Assembly (NCBI GenBank): GCA_041690135.1
Contig: JAWLHY010000001.1
Location: 192,001-256,000, forward strand
Length of the DNA stretch: 64,000 bases
Direction of reading: 5' to 3'
Source: Armatimonadota bacterium
GTDB lineage: Bacteria; Armatimonadota; SYMT01
Every line of letters starts with the position of its first letter. Position 1 is the first letter of the stretch. This document shows, one piece after another, positions 8,548 to 17,646 of the stretch. A model generated the notes under the pieces. That model was not told where the DNA came from. It did no database searches and saw only the letters and a program-made list of their open reading frames with translations. Both the position numbers and the translations under genes were made by a program.

Positions 8548-10899
8548 TCATCTATAAGGAACCGTCAGGCGGTGAGGGAGTTTCTCCGGGTTGCCGGCGC
8601 GGTCGGTGGAGGCGGCGGTGAGGGTGCCTTCTTTGGGGGCGGCGAGTTCGATTTCCCAGTCCACGACGCCCGCGGCGGAGGCGAGGATCCGGGCGGGTTG
8701 GCCGTTGACCTGGACCTTCGCAATTTCGCCGTTGTCGTGGGCGACCCCGGTGACGCGCAGCCGGTCCCCGCTGCCGATCCGGCAGACGGCGGTGATCATG
8801 GTGGCGGGGGGGAGGTCGTCCACCGGTTCGAGGAGCGTGGGGAAGGGGACCGGATCGACGGCGGCCGCGACCACATCCCGACCGGTGAACTTGGGCACCG
8901 CAGCGTAGGTGCCGTCCTGCGCCAGGGCGGGGAAACGGCTGCTGACCACGCGGTAGGTTTTGCCCGGCTCGGGGAAGTCGTGGAAGTAGTAGGCGATGCC
9001 GTGCTCCAGCCGCGAGTTGCGGGGGCCGCCGCCAAGATCGACCACCTGGGACTGCGAGGGGCTGTTGATCACCCGCACGCCGCGGAAGTGTCCCGCCTGG
9101 CCTTCGCGGGGGGAGGTGCACGCCATCTGGATCAGGGGGTCGCGGCCGACGCGGCAGTTGGCGATGGTGAGGCCGTCGTAGGTGAAGGAGCCGTACTGGA
9201 CGCTGTCGTCGTCGTGTCCGCGGTTCACCGGCTCCGCGCCGACGCGCTCCAGGTGGATGTTGCGGTAGACGTGGGCGTCGTAGTCCGGGTGGTAGACGCC
9301 GTAGACCGCGCCCTCCACGCGCAAGCCGTCCATCAGGAAGAACTGCAGGTTGGGGCGCAGGCTGTAGTGCGTGGACCAAGCCCGCAGGTTGCGGGCGATG
9401 AATGGATGGTTGCGGTCGCCGCGGACGGCCGGGTTCACGTCGTCGCCGAAGTTGAAGCTGTAGAGCCCTTCGGTGTGCGATTCGTTGGCCTCGAAGCGGT
9501 AGAAGGGGAGCGTCCGCACGTCGCGCCGGGCTTCGCTGCCGTCGGGGTTCCGTAGCAGCAGCTCCGGGTTGAAGTTGCTGCGCCTGGCGATCTCGAAACG
9601 GTAACCGTACTCGTCGTTTTCGCAGGCGACGTTGCGGGTGAGGCTGTTCCGACCGTTGGCCCACCAGAACCCCGCGCCGTCGTTCGGGTCGAACGGCAGG
9701 ACCTGCTTCGGCAATCGTTTCGCGCCGTAGGCCTGCACGGCGAGGTTGCGGTCGAGCAGGTTGTACTGCTCGGTCGCGTCTTCCAGGAAGTAGCCGTGGC
9801 CGACAGACTGGTAGCCGACGCAGTCACGGACCAGCAGATAGTCCGTGCCGTGGATGGTGATCCAGCGGTTGGCGGAGTCCCAGATACTGGCGCCGATGAC
9901 GCCTCTCCCGCGCATGGTGTCCCGCACCTGGTGGAAGTGGAGCGAGTACTTGCCGAGCACGCCTTCCTTGCCCAGGTGCCGGAACTCGGCGTAGGAGATG
10001 CCGCCGGTACTGTTAAGGTGGTACATCGTGTGGCCGCGGATGCCGCCGCGGTCCGCGGATTCGACGACGATGTTCCGCGATAGGTTGGCGACCTCGCTGC
10101 GGGTTTCACCCGTGCCCCAGTGCTCGAACTCCAGGGGACGGTCGAGGGTGAGCTGCGTGCCCTCCAACTCCCGGATGATCCGCTCTTCCGTCTGCCCGCT
10201 GGGACCGCCGCCCGGCTTGCGGTAGGTGGCGGAGTGTCGCTGCCGCGAGCCGGTGAGGATGACCCGGTCACCCACTCTCCAGCCGGAGACGGGCTGCGCC
10301 AGGGTGACGACGGACGCACCCGGTTGGGTGCTTGCCCCCAGCTTGACCCAGGTCCGGTCCATCGGGGCGCCGTGGGCGTCCCAACGTCCGCCGCAGTTGA
10401 TGATCGCGGGAAGTGCGTCCCGGTCGGTTCCCGGGAAGTGGGTGAGACGGATTTGCGTGGTGATCCCCGCCGGGATCGGCTCCTGCGGCGTGCCGATCTC
10501 CAGGGCCGGGCGCGGTCCGGCCGGAGTGCCCCCTGCAGGAGCCGAGTGAGCGTCACAGTTGAAGCCGTCCTCCGTGGCCTCATCGCCGGCCTGGATCTTG
10601 ATCAGGCCGACGTCGAGGCGGGTGGACTTCCGGCGAGAGAAGGAGAGCGTCCCCGCTACGTGGATCATCCGGATCGCCTGGTCGGACTCGACGTCATAAA
10701 CGACCGAGTGCCCGGCTCGGACCTGCACCATGTCGCCCGCGCGGGGCAGGCGCTGTTCGGCCCAGGTCGCCGGGTCGGACCACGCGCCGGACTTTGCCGA
10801 CCGGACCGTGAACGCGACGGTCCGGCCCTCGGCGGTGCCGGCTGCCGCGCCGGTCAGTACCACGGCGGCGGTGAGTAGGAGCGGGTAGAGGGGACGCAT
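8548..10899 (-). CDS. Secreted G8-domain / parallel beta-helix protein
   Basis: Signal peptide; SGAWSDPATW..LPRAGD.V G8 start; EVANLSRNIVV, GHTMY, LGKYSLHFH, GHGYFLED motifs of TMEM2/CEMIP-like proteins. Confidence 0.85.
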   Translation of the reverse strand: MRPLYPLLLTAAVVLTGAAAGTAEGRTVAFTVRSAKSGAWSDPATWAEQRLPRAGDMVQVRAGHSVVYDVESDQAIRMIHVAGTLSFSRRKSTRLDVGLIKIQAGDEATEDGFNCDAHSAPAGGTPAGPRPALEIGTPQEPIPAGITTQIRLTHFPGTDRDALPAIINCGGRWDAHGAPMDRTWVKLGASTQPGASVVTLAQPVSGWRVGDRVILTGSRQRHSATYRKPGGGPSGQTEERIIRELEGTQLTLDRPLEFEHWGTGETRSEVANLSRNIVVESADRGGIRGHTMYHLNSTGGISYAEFRHLGKEGVLGKYSLHFHQVRDTMRGRGVIGASIWDSANRWITIHGTDYLLVRDCVGYQSVGHGYFLEDATEQYNLLDRNLAVQAYGAKRLPKQVLPFDPNDGAGFWWANGRNSLTRNVACENDEYGYRFEIARRSNFNPELLLRNPDGSEARRDVRTLPFYRFEANESHTEGLYSFNFGDDVNPAVRGDRNHPFIARNLRAWSTHYSLRPNLQFFLMDGLRVEGAVYGVYHPDYDAHVYRNIHLERVGAEPVNRGHDDDSVQYGSFTYDGLTIANCRVGRDPLIQMACTSPREGQAGHFRGVRVINSPSQSQVVDLGGGPRNSRLEHGIAYYFHDFPEPGKTYRVVSSRFPALAQDGTYAAVPKFTGRDVVAAAVDPVPFPTLLEPVDDLPPATMITAVCRIGSGDRLRVTGVAHDNGEIAKVQVNGQPARILASAAGVVDWEIELAAPKEGTLTAASTDRAGNPEKLPHRLTVPYR

Positions 10900-10909
10900 C
10901 TTGGTTCTT

Positions 10910-12436
10910 TTAGTCAGGCTCGGAGGCGCCGTAGCCGGCGCGGATGCCGAAGCCGGGGCGCTGCTGGGCTCGCTGGGCGCGGGCGTGGGCTTCCGCCTCG
11001 GCATACTTTCTCCGGTTCGCCGTGACGCCCTCCACCGCCTGCAGGAAGTAATCGGTGAGCGAGCGCAGCGGCTGCTTCTGAACCCGGTCGTAGGCGTAGA
11101 GGTTCTTCCCGTCCTCCACCAGACGCTTGAGGTCGGCTCCGGTGAACCCGTTGGTCGCCGCCACCAGAGGCTGCAGATCCGGCTGGTCGAGCTCCGCGGG
11201 GAGGCCGGCGAGGTGCTGGCGCAGGATCTCCTCGCGGGCTGCCTCGTCAGGTAGCCGCATCTCCAGCCAGAGCTCGATGCGGCCGGAGCGGAGGAGGGCC
11301 GGCGGTATGTTGGCCACGTCCATGGCAGTCAGCATCACGCAGACCCGCTGGTTGCTTTCGCTCTCCAGGCCGTCGAGCATCGTCAGCAGGTACCGGTAGA
11401 GGCCCAACTCCTCGCCGGACTCGAAGATCACGTCGCTGTCGTCGATGAAGATGACGGAGGGGGCGTTCTCCTTCGCCGCCTGGAAGATCTGGTGGACTCT
11501 CCCGTAAAAAGATTGGGTCCCCGAGATGACGGTCCCGTCCACCAGGAAGAACTTGCCGCGCAGGCGGTGGGCGAGGGCCCGGCCGACGGTGGTCTTGCCG
11601 GTTCCGGGAGGTCCCGCGAGCAGCACGCCGCGCTTGGCTTTGAGGCCCAACTGCATCGCCAGCTCGTCCTGTTCCAGTGGAACCACGATGTTGGCCTCGA
11701 GGCTCCGGATGACTTCCTCGCAGCCCTTGAGATCCTGGAGGGCGACCTGCTGCACCTCCTCCAGATCGACGTTGCTGTTCAATCCCTGGGAGCGGAGGTA
11801 CTCGATGAAGCGCTCCGTATCCAGCTCGGGTTCCTGGCGCAGCCAGCGACAGGCGCCGGCGAGCTGGTGCCCGTCCAGGTGCGACGCGAAGCGGAAGATC
11901 CGGGGGTACTCCAGGCGATCCGCCACCTCCGCGTCGAGCATCCGGTGGCAGAGAAAGTCGTAGTCTTCCGCTTCGAAGTCGTCGATGCAGGCGCCGTACC
12001 CGCGCTGTTGGAAGGCGTCCGGCAGGCCGTAGTCCGCCCCCACGACGAGGCGTTTACCCGTCTCAACCACGTAGGCGGCGATCGTCATGGCCGGGGCCTC
12101 CAGCAACCCGCTCCGGGGATAACCGCCGGAACATCCGGAGACCACGCGGATGATCAGGTGCAGGTCGTCGAGAATCACCGTATCGTGCTCTCGCAGCGCA
12201 TCCATCACCATCCGCTCGAACGTCTCCTCAATCGCGAGTGGATGCCGGGACTGGAGACGGTCGATGAAGTCGCGCATGTTCAGGAACGTACCGCCCTGCT
12301 GGCGATGCAACTCCCGGAGCAGGGTGGTCTTTCCCAGGCCGTCGCCACCCCAGAGGTGGACGATGTTGCCGACGGAGAGGCTGCGCAGCACGGTCTGGTA
12401 GGCTCGCTGCTGCGCGGGTGAGAATTGTGCTTCCAT
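10910..12436 (-). CDS. Tandem AAA+ ATPase (degenerate N-terminal module plus classical C-terminal module)
   Basis: GGDGLGKTT/VILDD and GPPGTGKTT/IFIDDSD; ALLRSGR arginine-finger region; GFTGADL. Confidence 0.85.
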   Translation of the reverse strand: MEAQFSPAQQRAYQTVLRSLSVGNIVHLWGGDGLGKTTLLRELHRQQGGTFLNMRDFIDRLQSRHPLAIEETFERMVMDALREHDTVILDDLHLIIRVVSGCSGGYPRSGLLEAPAMTIAAYVVETGKRLVVGADYGLPDAFQQRGYGACIDDFEAEDYDFLCHRMLDAEVADRLEYPRIFRFASHLDGHQLAGACRWLRQEPELDTERFIEYLRSQGLNSNVDLEEVQQVALQDLKGCEEVIRSLEANIVVPLEQDELAMQLGLKAKRGVLLAGPPGTGKTTVGRALAHRLRGKFFLVDGTVISGTQSFYGRVHQIFQAAKENAPSVIFIDDSDVIFESGEELGLYRYLLTMLDGLESESNQRVCVMLTAMDVANIPPALLRSGRIELWLEMRLPDEAAREEILRQHLAGLPAELDQPDLQPLVAATNGFTGADLKRLVEDGKNLYAYDRVQKQPLRSLTDYFLQAVEGVTANRRKYAEAEAHARAQRAQQRPGFGIRAGYGASEPD

Positions 12437-12460
12437 AGGAAGGCGGGGCGCCGTGGCCCC

Positions 12461-12589
12461 GGCGGTGTGCGGCGCGTGTGGGGCCGCACGGGTCAGGTCA
12501 TCCCGGCAGGGGGTCCTTGCCGGGATGACGGGCTGTCGCGAGGAGTGTACCCGAAAAGGGTAGGGGCGTCCACTAATTAAGGCCGGGGC
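12461..12589. repeat. Left direct repeat of the island (uninterrupted copy)
   Basis: 12479-12589 matches 17549-17659 with 2 mismatches; 12461-12490 matches 17367-17396 with 2 mismatches; contains hairpin GTCATCCCGGCA...TGCCGGGATGAC. Confidence 0.9.
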
Positions 12590-12599
12590 GGACGCCGAC

Positions 12600-12760
12600 T
12601 CACCGCAGATTGCATTCACTGTTGTTGATGGCCTCATGATCGGAAACTCCCGCCTGATGCTGGAAGAGGACCAAGCGGATCATCATGGATGGCGACACGC
12701 TCGGGTGGCCATCAGTCCCACAGTCCAGGACGGCGACGGTGCCAACGGGGGAAACGTCCG
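12600..12760 (-). pseudogene. Transposase N-terminal remnant (DUF772; IS1182/IS5-like)
   Basis: VAVLDCGTDGHPSVSPSMMIRLVLFQHQAGVSDHEAINNSECNLR* resembles the GRPSVPP...LLQ...GVSD.EA...DLRW segment of IS1182-type transposases; truncated by a stop. Confidence 0.55.
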
Positions 12761-13429
12761 GCTTCGCCGCCGCCAGCTGGGCATGCAAAGAATGGCAGGG
12801 TGTCTTGATGCACAAACATCGCGCTGCGGCTCCCGCTCCAGGAGCCGCGGTGGGGCGGGCTAATGGCAGCGCGGTTTACTGGCGATGAGCATGTCGGGCA
12901 GTCCCCCACGTACTGAAAAGGCGAAGCGGGAGCGGGCTGAAAGTACCCGGGCACGTGATGGTCAGGCCTGAGCCATCGGCTTCGGAAGAGGCACGCTATC
13001 AGGGAACCTGTCGGCCCCGACATTCACTCCACTCGCCCGGAAGACCACAACCCGGTAGCCCCAACTCGAACTAACTACGACCGCGTGGCACGCGCTCTCG
13101 GTCAGCGACGGCGCCCATGCGCTATGCACATACCGGCTTGCGTTCGAGCGCTTGTGGTATGCGCTGGAGCGCCGGGACCATGGAGACGTGGAATGGTGGT
13201 ATGGCTCATCCATTAGACCAACCCGGTTGGAGGCGAGCTGCGGAACTCGGGAAAACCTTCAGAATGAAGAAGGTAAGTGCAGCGGTCAAGATGAAACATA
13301 TCCAACATCAGCCAAACAGCCTAGGTACCGGCTGTCAAGATGCCAAGCGGCTTGCAATCTGACCTAATTGGAGTACATCCTAACATGCTCCCTAAGGGAT
13401 GTGTGGGAGAAACTGAGCAGTTTCAAAAA

Positions 13430-13510
13430 CCGTGGCGGGTGCGGTTGCCCGTCGCCCGCCACGGAATGGAATTCCGCGGCTACTGCAGAGTGAAACCCCT
13501 GCGGGGTTGA
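13430..13510. repeat. REP-like palindromic cluster upstream of the NLR-like gene
   Basis: CCGTGGCGGG..CCCGCCACGG, GCCACGGAAT-GGA-ATTCCGCGGC and AACCCCTGCGGGGTT hairpins. Confidence 0.5.
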
Positions 13511-13580
13511 CACGGCACCATACCGGTCCAAATCTGCGCAGTTACTCCCCCCTACCCCTTAGTGTCGTGACATTACTCAT

Positions 13581-16500
13581 ATGACCAACATGCGCGTTTT
13601 CAACTGGCTCCACCTTACTGACCTGCACTACGGGCTGACGGAACAAGTGCATCTCTGGCCCAACGTCAGAACATCCCTTTTTGAGGATCTTGGCCGCATT
13701 CACGACACAGCAGGGCCATGGCATGCGGTCCTGTTCACAGGAGATCTTGTCCAAAGCGGCGATGAAAAGGAGTTCAACGCACTCACTGACGAGGTTTTCG
13801 GCCCACTTTGGGAAAGACTCTCGGTCTTGGGTTCCCCATCTCCAACTTTGCTGACTGTCCCGGGCAATCACGACTTGTCCCGCCCCAAGGGGAAACATCC
13901 ATCTGCTGCATTACGCCAACTGCTAAGGCCCCAAGGCTTGCTGGAAGTCTCGGGTGAATTCTGGGATGAGCCTGATTCGGAATACCGGCAAGTCATAGAC
14001 GAAGCATTCAAAAACTATCAATCTTGGTTACGCGCCGCTCACTATAGGAATGGCGTCCAAATAGCCGAGGGACTTCTCCCAGGTGATTTTGCCGCTTCCA
14101 TCGAACTCGCTTATCCCACCACCAATCTGAAGATAGGAATAGCTGGTGTAAATACCACATTTCTTCAATTAATTGCCGGAGACTTTGAGAAAAAGCTTGC
14201 GTGGCACGTCAAACAACTTCACCAAGCATGTGGAGAAGATATATCGAGATGGGCCCATAGCCATGATGCTTGTATTCTGTTAACCCACCAGGGGCCGTCA
14301 TGGCTCGATGAGCAGTCGCGAGAAGACACATACCCCGAGATAAATCCAGCTGGACGATTCGCCGTTCATCTTTTTGGGCATATGCACGATACAGCAGTCC
14401 GTTCGGCAATTGTGGGAGGAGGGGAGTCGATCCGGCTGTGGCAAACCCGATCCCTCTTTGGGCTGGAGAAGTATGGGGAGCCTCCCACATTTGATCGGCA
14501 ACATGGCTATAGCGCAGGACGTCTCCAATTCGACGAACAATCGGCGACAATTCGCCTATGGCCCAGGCGGGCATTTAAGGATGCTAATGGTTGGAGATTC
14601 GGGCGTGATGACGAGAAATGTATACTACGAGAATTCGACGGGGGCACAGAGCCAGACTCGGTTGTTCGGAAAAACAGTGTGGCCACTGCAGGGAAAACAT
14701 TCTCTGGCAGTTACCCTGATGCTGCGATGGCCAGAACGCCATCTCCACCTGCAAAGCCTCACCCGGTAGTACCAACGATCTCAAAGTGGTCGTGGCCCTA
14801 TCAAGAGCCAAAGTTCAGACCTTATTGTGAGGCGGTTTGTAAGGCGCACAGCCATATTCGATTCGTAGAAATACCGCATCTGAAGGATGTATCCGATGTG
14901 GAGATGGACAGCCTTTATGTGGAACCGCATCTGTGCGTAGAAGAATTGGACCCCGACCTACCGACGTTCCGTTGGCCGTTAACGCTGGACGTGCTATCCG
15001 TGTTGCGTGGACATCGTCATGTAGTGCTTTTAGGAGACCCAGGATCAGGAAAGTCCACTCTTGTGAGTTGTATCGCTTGGCAGTTGTGTCGGCCGACGCC
15101 TAGCCCCACTAATGCATTGGCTAAGCAGTTCGCTGGGTGTATTCCAATCCCGATGATCCTTCGAGAACTCCGGCTCAAGGCAGATATAACCTGGGAAGGC
15201 CTACTTGACGCATTCTTGGAACATCGTATCGGTAGGCTACTCGGTGATCGGCAGACCATTCAAGAACTACTCAATAGCGGGCGGGCTGTGGTGCTCCTGG
15301 ATGGATTGGATGAAGTAGGAAATCTGGCCATTCGCAGGCGCTTGAAAGATGCTGTTCACGAGGGGCTAGCCGCCAGTCCAAACAGTATTTGGCTACTAAC
15401 ATCGCGGGTGGTAGGGTATGATGCAGTTCCGTTCCACTATAGAGTGGAAGAGGCCCCTCGAAGTACTGCTATCCGAACTACGGATGGGAAGACTGTATCA
15501 AGCCGCAACGAGATTCAGGTCACTGTGGCTGAGCGATTTTTTCTAGCGCCCTTCAACGACGATCAGATTGGAGAGTTCTCGTTAAAATGGTACACGCAAC
15601 ATGAGCGTGAACAAGAGGTAATTGCGCTGAATGCAGAAGGCTTTGTTAATGCAATCCGAGAAAACTCTGGCACGCAGCGGCTGGCAAGAATTCCGTATTT
15701 ACTTACATTGATGGCTCTTATTCATCATAAGAATGCCCGTCTGCCCCATGGTCGCACCGAACTTTATGAAAGGATTGCTACAGCATATCTTGAGTCTATT
15801 GATGTACGACGACATCTAGATCAATTACCGTACTCATTGTCCCAGAAGAAGCGTTGGCTAGCATATGTAGCCTATCAGATGCAACTTAGGCGGTCTAAAG
15901 GTGCAAATCGGACCGAGCAGAGCCAAATACTTGCTAGTAATCAAGAGGTCGAGCGCTGGATCAAGGATGCAATGACAGAGTCCATTGAAGGTTCTGCAGA
16001 TGAAGCAAAAGTACTTCTGGACTATTTCGCAAAGCGGAGTGGGCTTCTTCTCCCGCGGGGTGAGGGGAAGTTTGCATTCATGCACCTATCGCTCCAAGAA
16101 TATTTTGCGGCTTGTTTCATGGAAGCGCGACTGACAGCATCCCGCTTTGCTTCTGATAGGCGCAAACACAATCCATCGGACAAGCAGTTGCGAGCGTGGG
16201 CAAATGATGAAGGGTGGCGCGAAGCGTTTGTACTTCTTTTTGAACTCTTGTCAGAGAAGTCTATTTCTGAAACTGAGGCGTTCCTGAAACATCTATTTGA
16301 GGGGCGACTGCCATCTGATACAGGTGGGCAAGAGTTCACAGCCGCTGGATTGTTAGCGGAGCTTGCTACAGATCCGTTTGTATCCTTCACTGCGGAGACT
16401 CGTCGGAAATGTAGGCAAGACGCTTGGAGATGGATGTTTAAGCAAGGCGAGCGAAGTCATTACAGCAGAAACAACGTGACCCGAGCATTTGTGCGGGAGG

Positions 16501-17144
16501 CTCAAGGTGATTTGCAAAGAGCGTGGAAGGCGGCTGCGCTGAGCGAACAAGAGCTAGTGAGGGTAAAGAGATTGGATCTTAGTGGATGCTCTTCACTCTG
16601 CGATTTGTCACCACTCAGGTTGCTGCAGAATTTGGAACATTTGGAGCTTCGTCAGTGTCCTGGAATAAGGGATCTTAGTGTGCTCGGAGAATTGAAAGGG
16701 TTGAAGTTGTTAGATTTGGATGGCTGTGCGACAGGCTGTGCTATTGAGTCGGTTGTTGTGAATCTCGAGGAGTTAAATGAGCTTAGCGTAAGTGAACCTC
16801 TGGATTTGTCATGTTTGTCTCACCTGACCAAGTTGCGTTGTTTGCATTTGCACTTCCCTATAGAGGGAGACCTGGATCTGTCGGCGCTGGCTAGGCTTCA
16901 ATCATTAGAGATGATTTGTTGTGAACCAGGGAGAAGAGTGATGCTGGCCAATGAGTTCGTGGCGAACCCATCACTGATAATCTCTCCAGGAGTCAGAAGC
17001 TTGTACGAAGAATCTTCGGGGAGACGCCGTATTCGTGTTTCGAGAGACACGCAGACGAGTCGCGGAAATGCATTGGGGGGCAGCGAAGATATTCAGGGTG
17101 ATACACTAAGGAAGGCTAGGCTTGGCCGGCCCCGGAGGACGTAA
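13581..17144 (+). CDS. Calcineurin-like metallophosphoesterase + NACHT (STAND) NTPase + leucine-rich repeats; bacterial NLR-like protein
   Basis: LHLTDLH, FTGD, VPGNHD and GHMH phosphoesterase motifs; GDPGSGKST Walker A, LLDGLDE Walker B, LLTSR, PYLLTLMA, FAFMHLSLQEYF; C-terminal LDLSGC..L.DLSPL LRRs. Confidence 0.92.
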   Translation: MTNMRVFNWLHLTDLHYGLTEQVHLWPNVRTSLFEDLGRIHDTAGPWHAVLFTGDLVQSGDEKEFNALTDEVFGPLWERLSVLGSPSPTLLTVPGNHDLSRPKGKHPSAALRQLLRPQGLLEVSGEFWDEPDSEYRQVIDEAFKNYQSWLRAAHYRNGVQIAEGLLPGDFAASIELAYPTTNLKIGIAGVNTTFLQLIAGDFEKKLAWHVKQLHQACGEDISRWAHSHDACILLTHQGPSWLDEQSREDTYPEINPAGRFAVHLFGHMHDTAVRSAIVGGGESIRLWQTRSLFGLEKYGEPPTFDRQHGYSAGRLQFDEQSATIRLWPRRAFKDANGWRFGRDDEKCILREFDGGTEPDSVVRKNSVATAGKTFSGSYPDAAMARTPSPPAKPHPVVPTISKWSWPYQEPKFRPYCEAVCKAHSHIRFVEIPHLKDVSDVEMDSLYVEPHLCVEELDPDLPTFRWPLTLDVLSVLRGHRHVVLLGDPGSGKSTLVSCIAWQLCRPTPSPTNALAKQFAGCIPIPMILRELRLKADITWEGLLDAFLEHRIGRLLGDRQTIQELLNSGRAVVLLDGLDEVGNLAIRRRLKDAVHEGLAASPNSIWLLTSRVVGYDAVPFHYRVEEAPRSTAIRTTDGKTVSSRNEIQVTVAERFFLAPFNDDQIGEFSLKWYTQHEREQEVIALNAEGFVNAIRENSGTQRLARIPYLLTLMALIHHKNARLPHGRTELYERIATAYLESIDVRRHLDQLPYSLSQKKRWLAYVAYQMQLRRSKGANRTEQSQILASNQEVERWIKDAMTESIEGSADEAKVLLDYFAKRSGLLLPRGEGKFAFMHLSLQEYFAACFMEARLTASRFASDRRKHNPSDKQLRAWANDEGWREAFVLLFELLSEKSISETEAFLKHLFEGRLPSDTGGQEFTAAGLLAELATDPFVSFTAETRRKCRQDAWRWMFKQGERSHYSRNNVTRAFVREAQGDLQRAWKAAALSEQELVRVKRLDLSGCSSLCDLSPLRLLQNLEHLELRQCPGIRDLSVLGELKGLKLLDLDGCATGCAIESVVVNLEELNELSVSEPLDLSCLSHLTKLRCLHLHFPIEGDLDLSALARLQSLEMICCEPGRRVMLANEFVANPSLIISPGVRSLYEESSGRRRIRVSRDTQTSRGNALGGSEDIQGDTLRKARLGRPRRT

Positions 17145-17396
17145 GGGGTTAGGGCATAGGTATCAAATTAGGCCTGATTGGTTACTTCTGCAGGCACGCC
17201 GAGGCCATTCGGAACGGCTCGCAATGGCAACCGCTGTTACGGTTGGGGATACGCTGACTCGTTGTCCGGCGTCTGAATCCGGGGCTGATGCGTTCCGAAA
17301 TGCGGCATTTTTGGGCCTCGACAAGCTCGGGGAAAGCTTATCTTGATACCGATGCCGTTAGGGTGTGGCGGTGTGCAGCGCGAGTGGGGCCGCACG

Positions 17397-17550
17397 CAGG
17401 GCGGTTCAGGTTTTGGCGAAAGCTACTTCGCAGCCCCGGAGGGGCGACCGGACATTAGCCGGGGGTGCGAACCCCCGGATGCAGAGCGCGCAGAGAACGA
17501 GCCCCGGAAGGGCGGCAGAGCTCAAATCCTACGAAAACTGAACCGCCCTG
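17397..17550. mobile_element. 154-bp MITE with CAGGGCGGTTCAG terminal inverted repeats and 10-bp target site duplication
   Basis: Left CAGGGCGGTTCAGGTTTT, right AAAACTGAACCGCCCTG; GGGCCGCACG duplicated at 17387-17396 and 17551-17560; single copy at the empty site 12481-12490. Confidence 0.88.
17432..17520 (+). repeat. REP family B (AGCCCCGGAGGGGCG...TAGCCGGGGGTGCGAACCCCCGG), inside the MITE
   Basis: Reverse-complement copies at 60902-60990 and 44879-44926. Confidence 0.75.
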
Positions 17551-17646
17551 GGGCCGCACGGGTCAGGTCATCCCGGCAGAGGGTCCTTGCCGGGATGACG
17601 GGCTGTCGCGAGGAGTGTACCCGAAAAGGGTAGGGACGTCCACTAA

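Larger units (their letters stand above)
12590..17366. mobile_element. Lower-GC genomic island carrying an NLR-like gene
   Basis: Visibly more AT-rich codon usage than flanks; bounded by direct repeats; transposase remnant at left edge; no integrase seen. Confidence 0.75.

Noticed and set aside
12890-13400. Additional small genes in the island
   Set aside because: Several overlapping short ORFs without RBS or family motifs; probably decayed sequence
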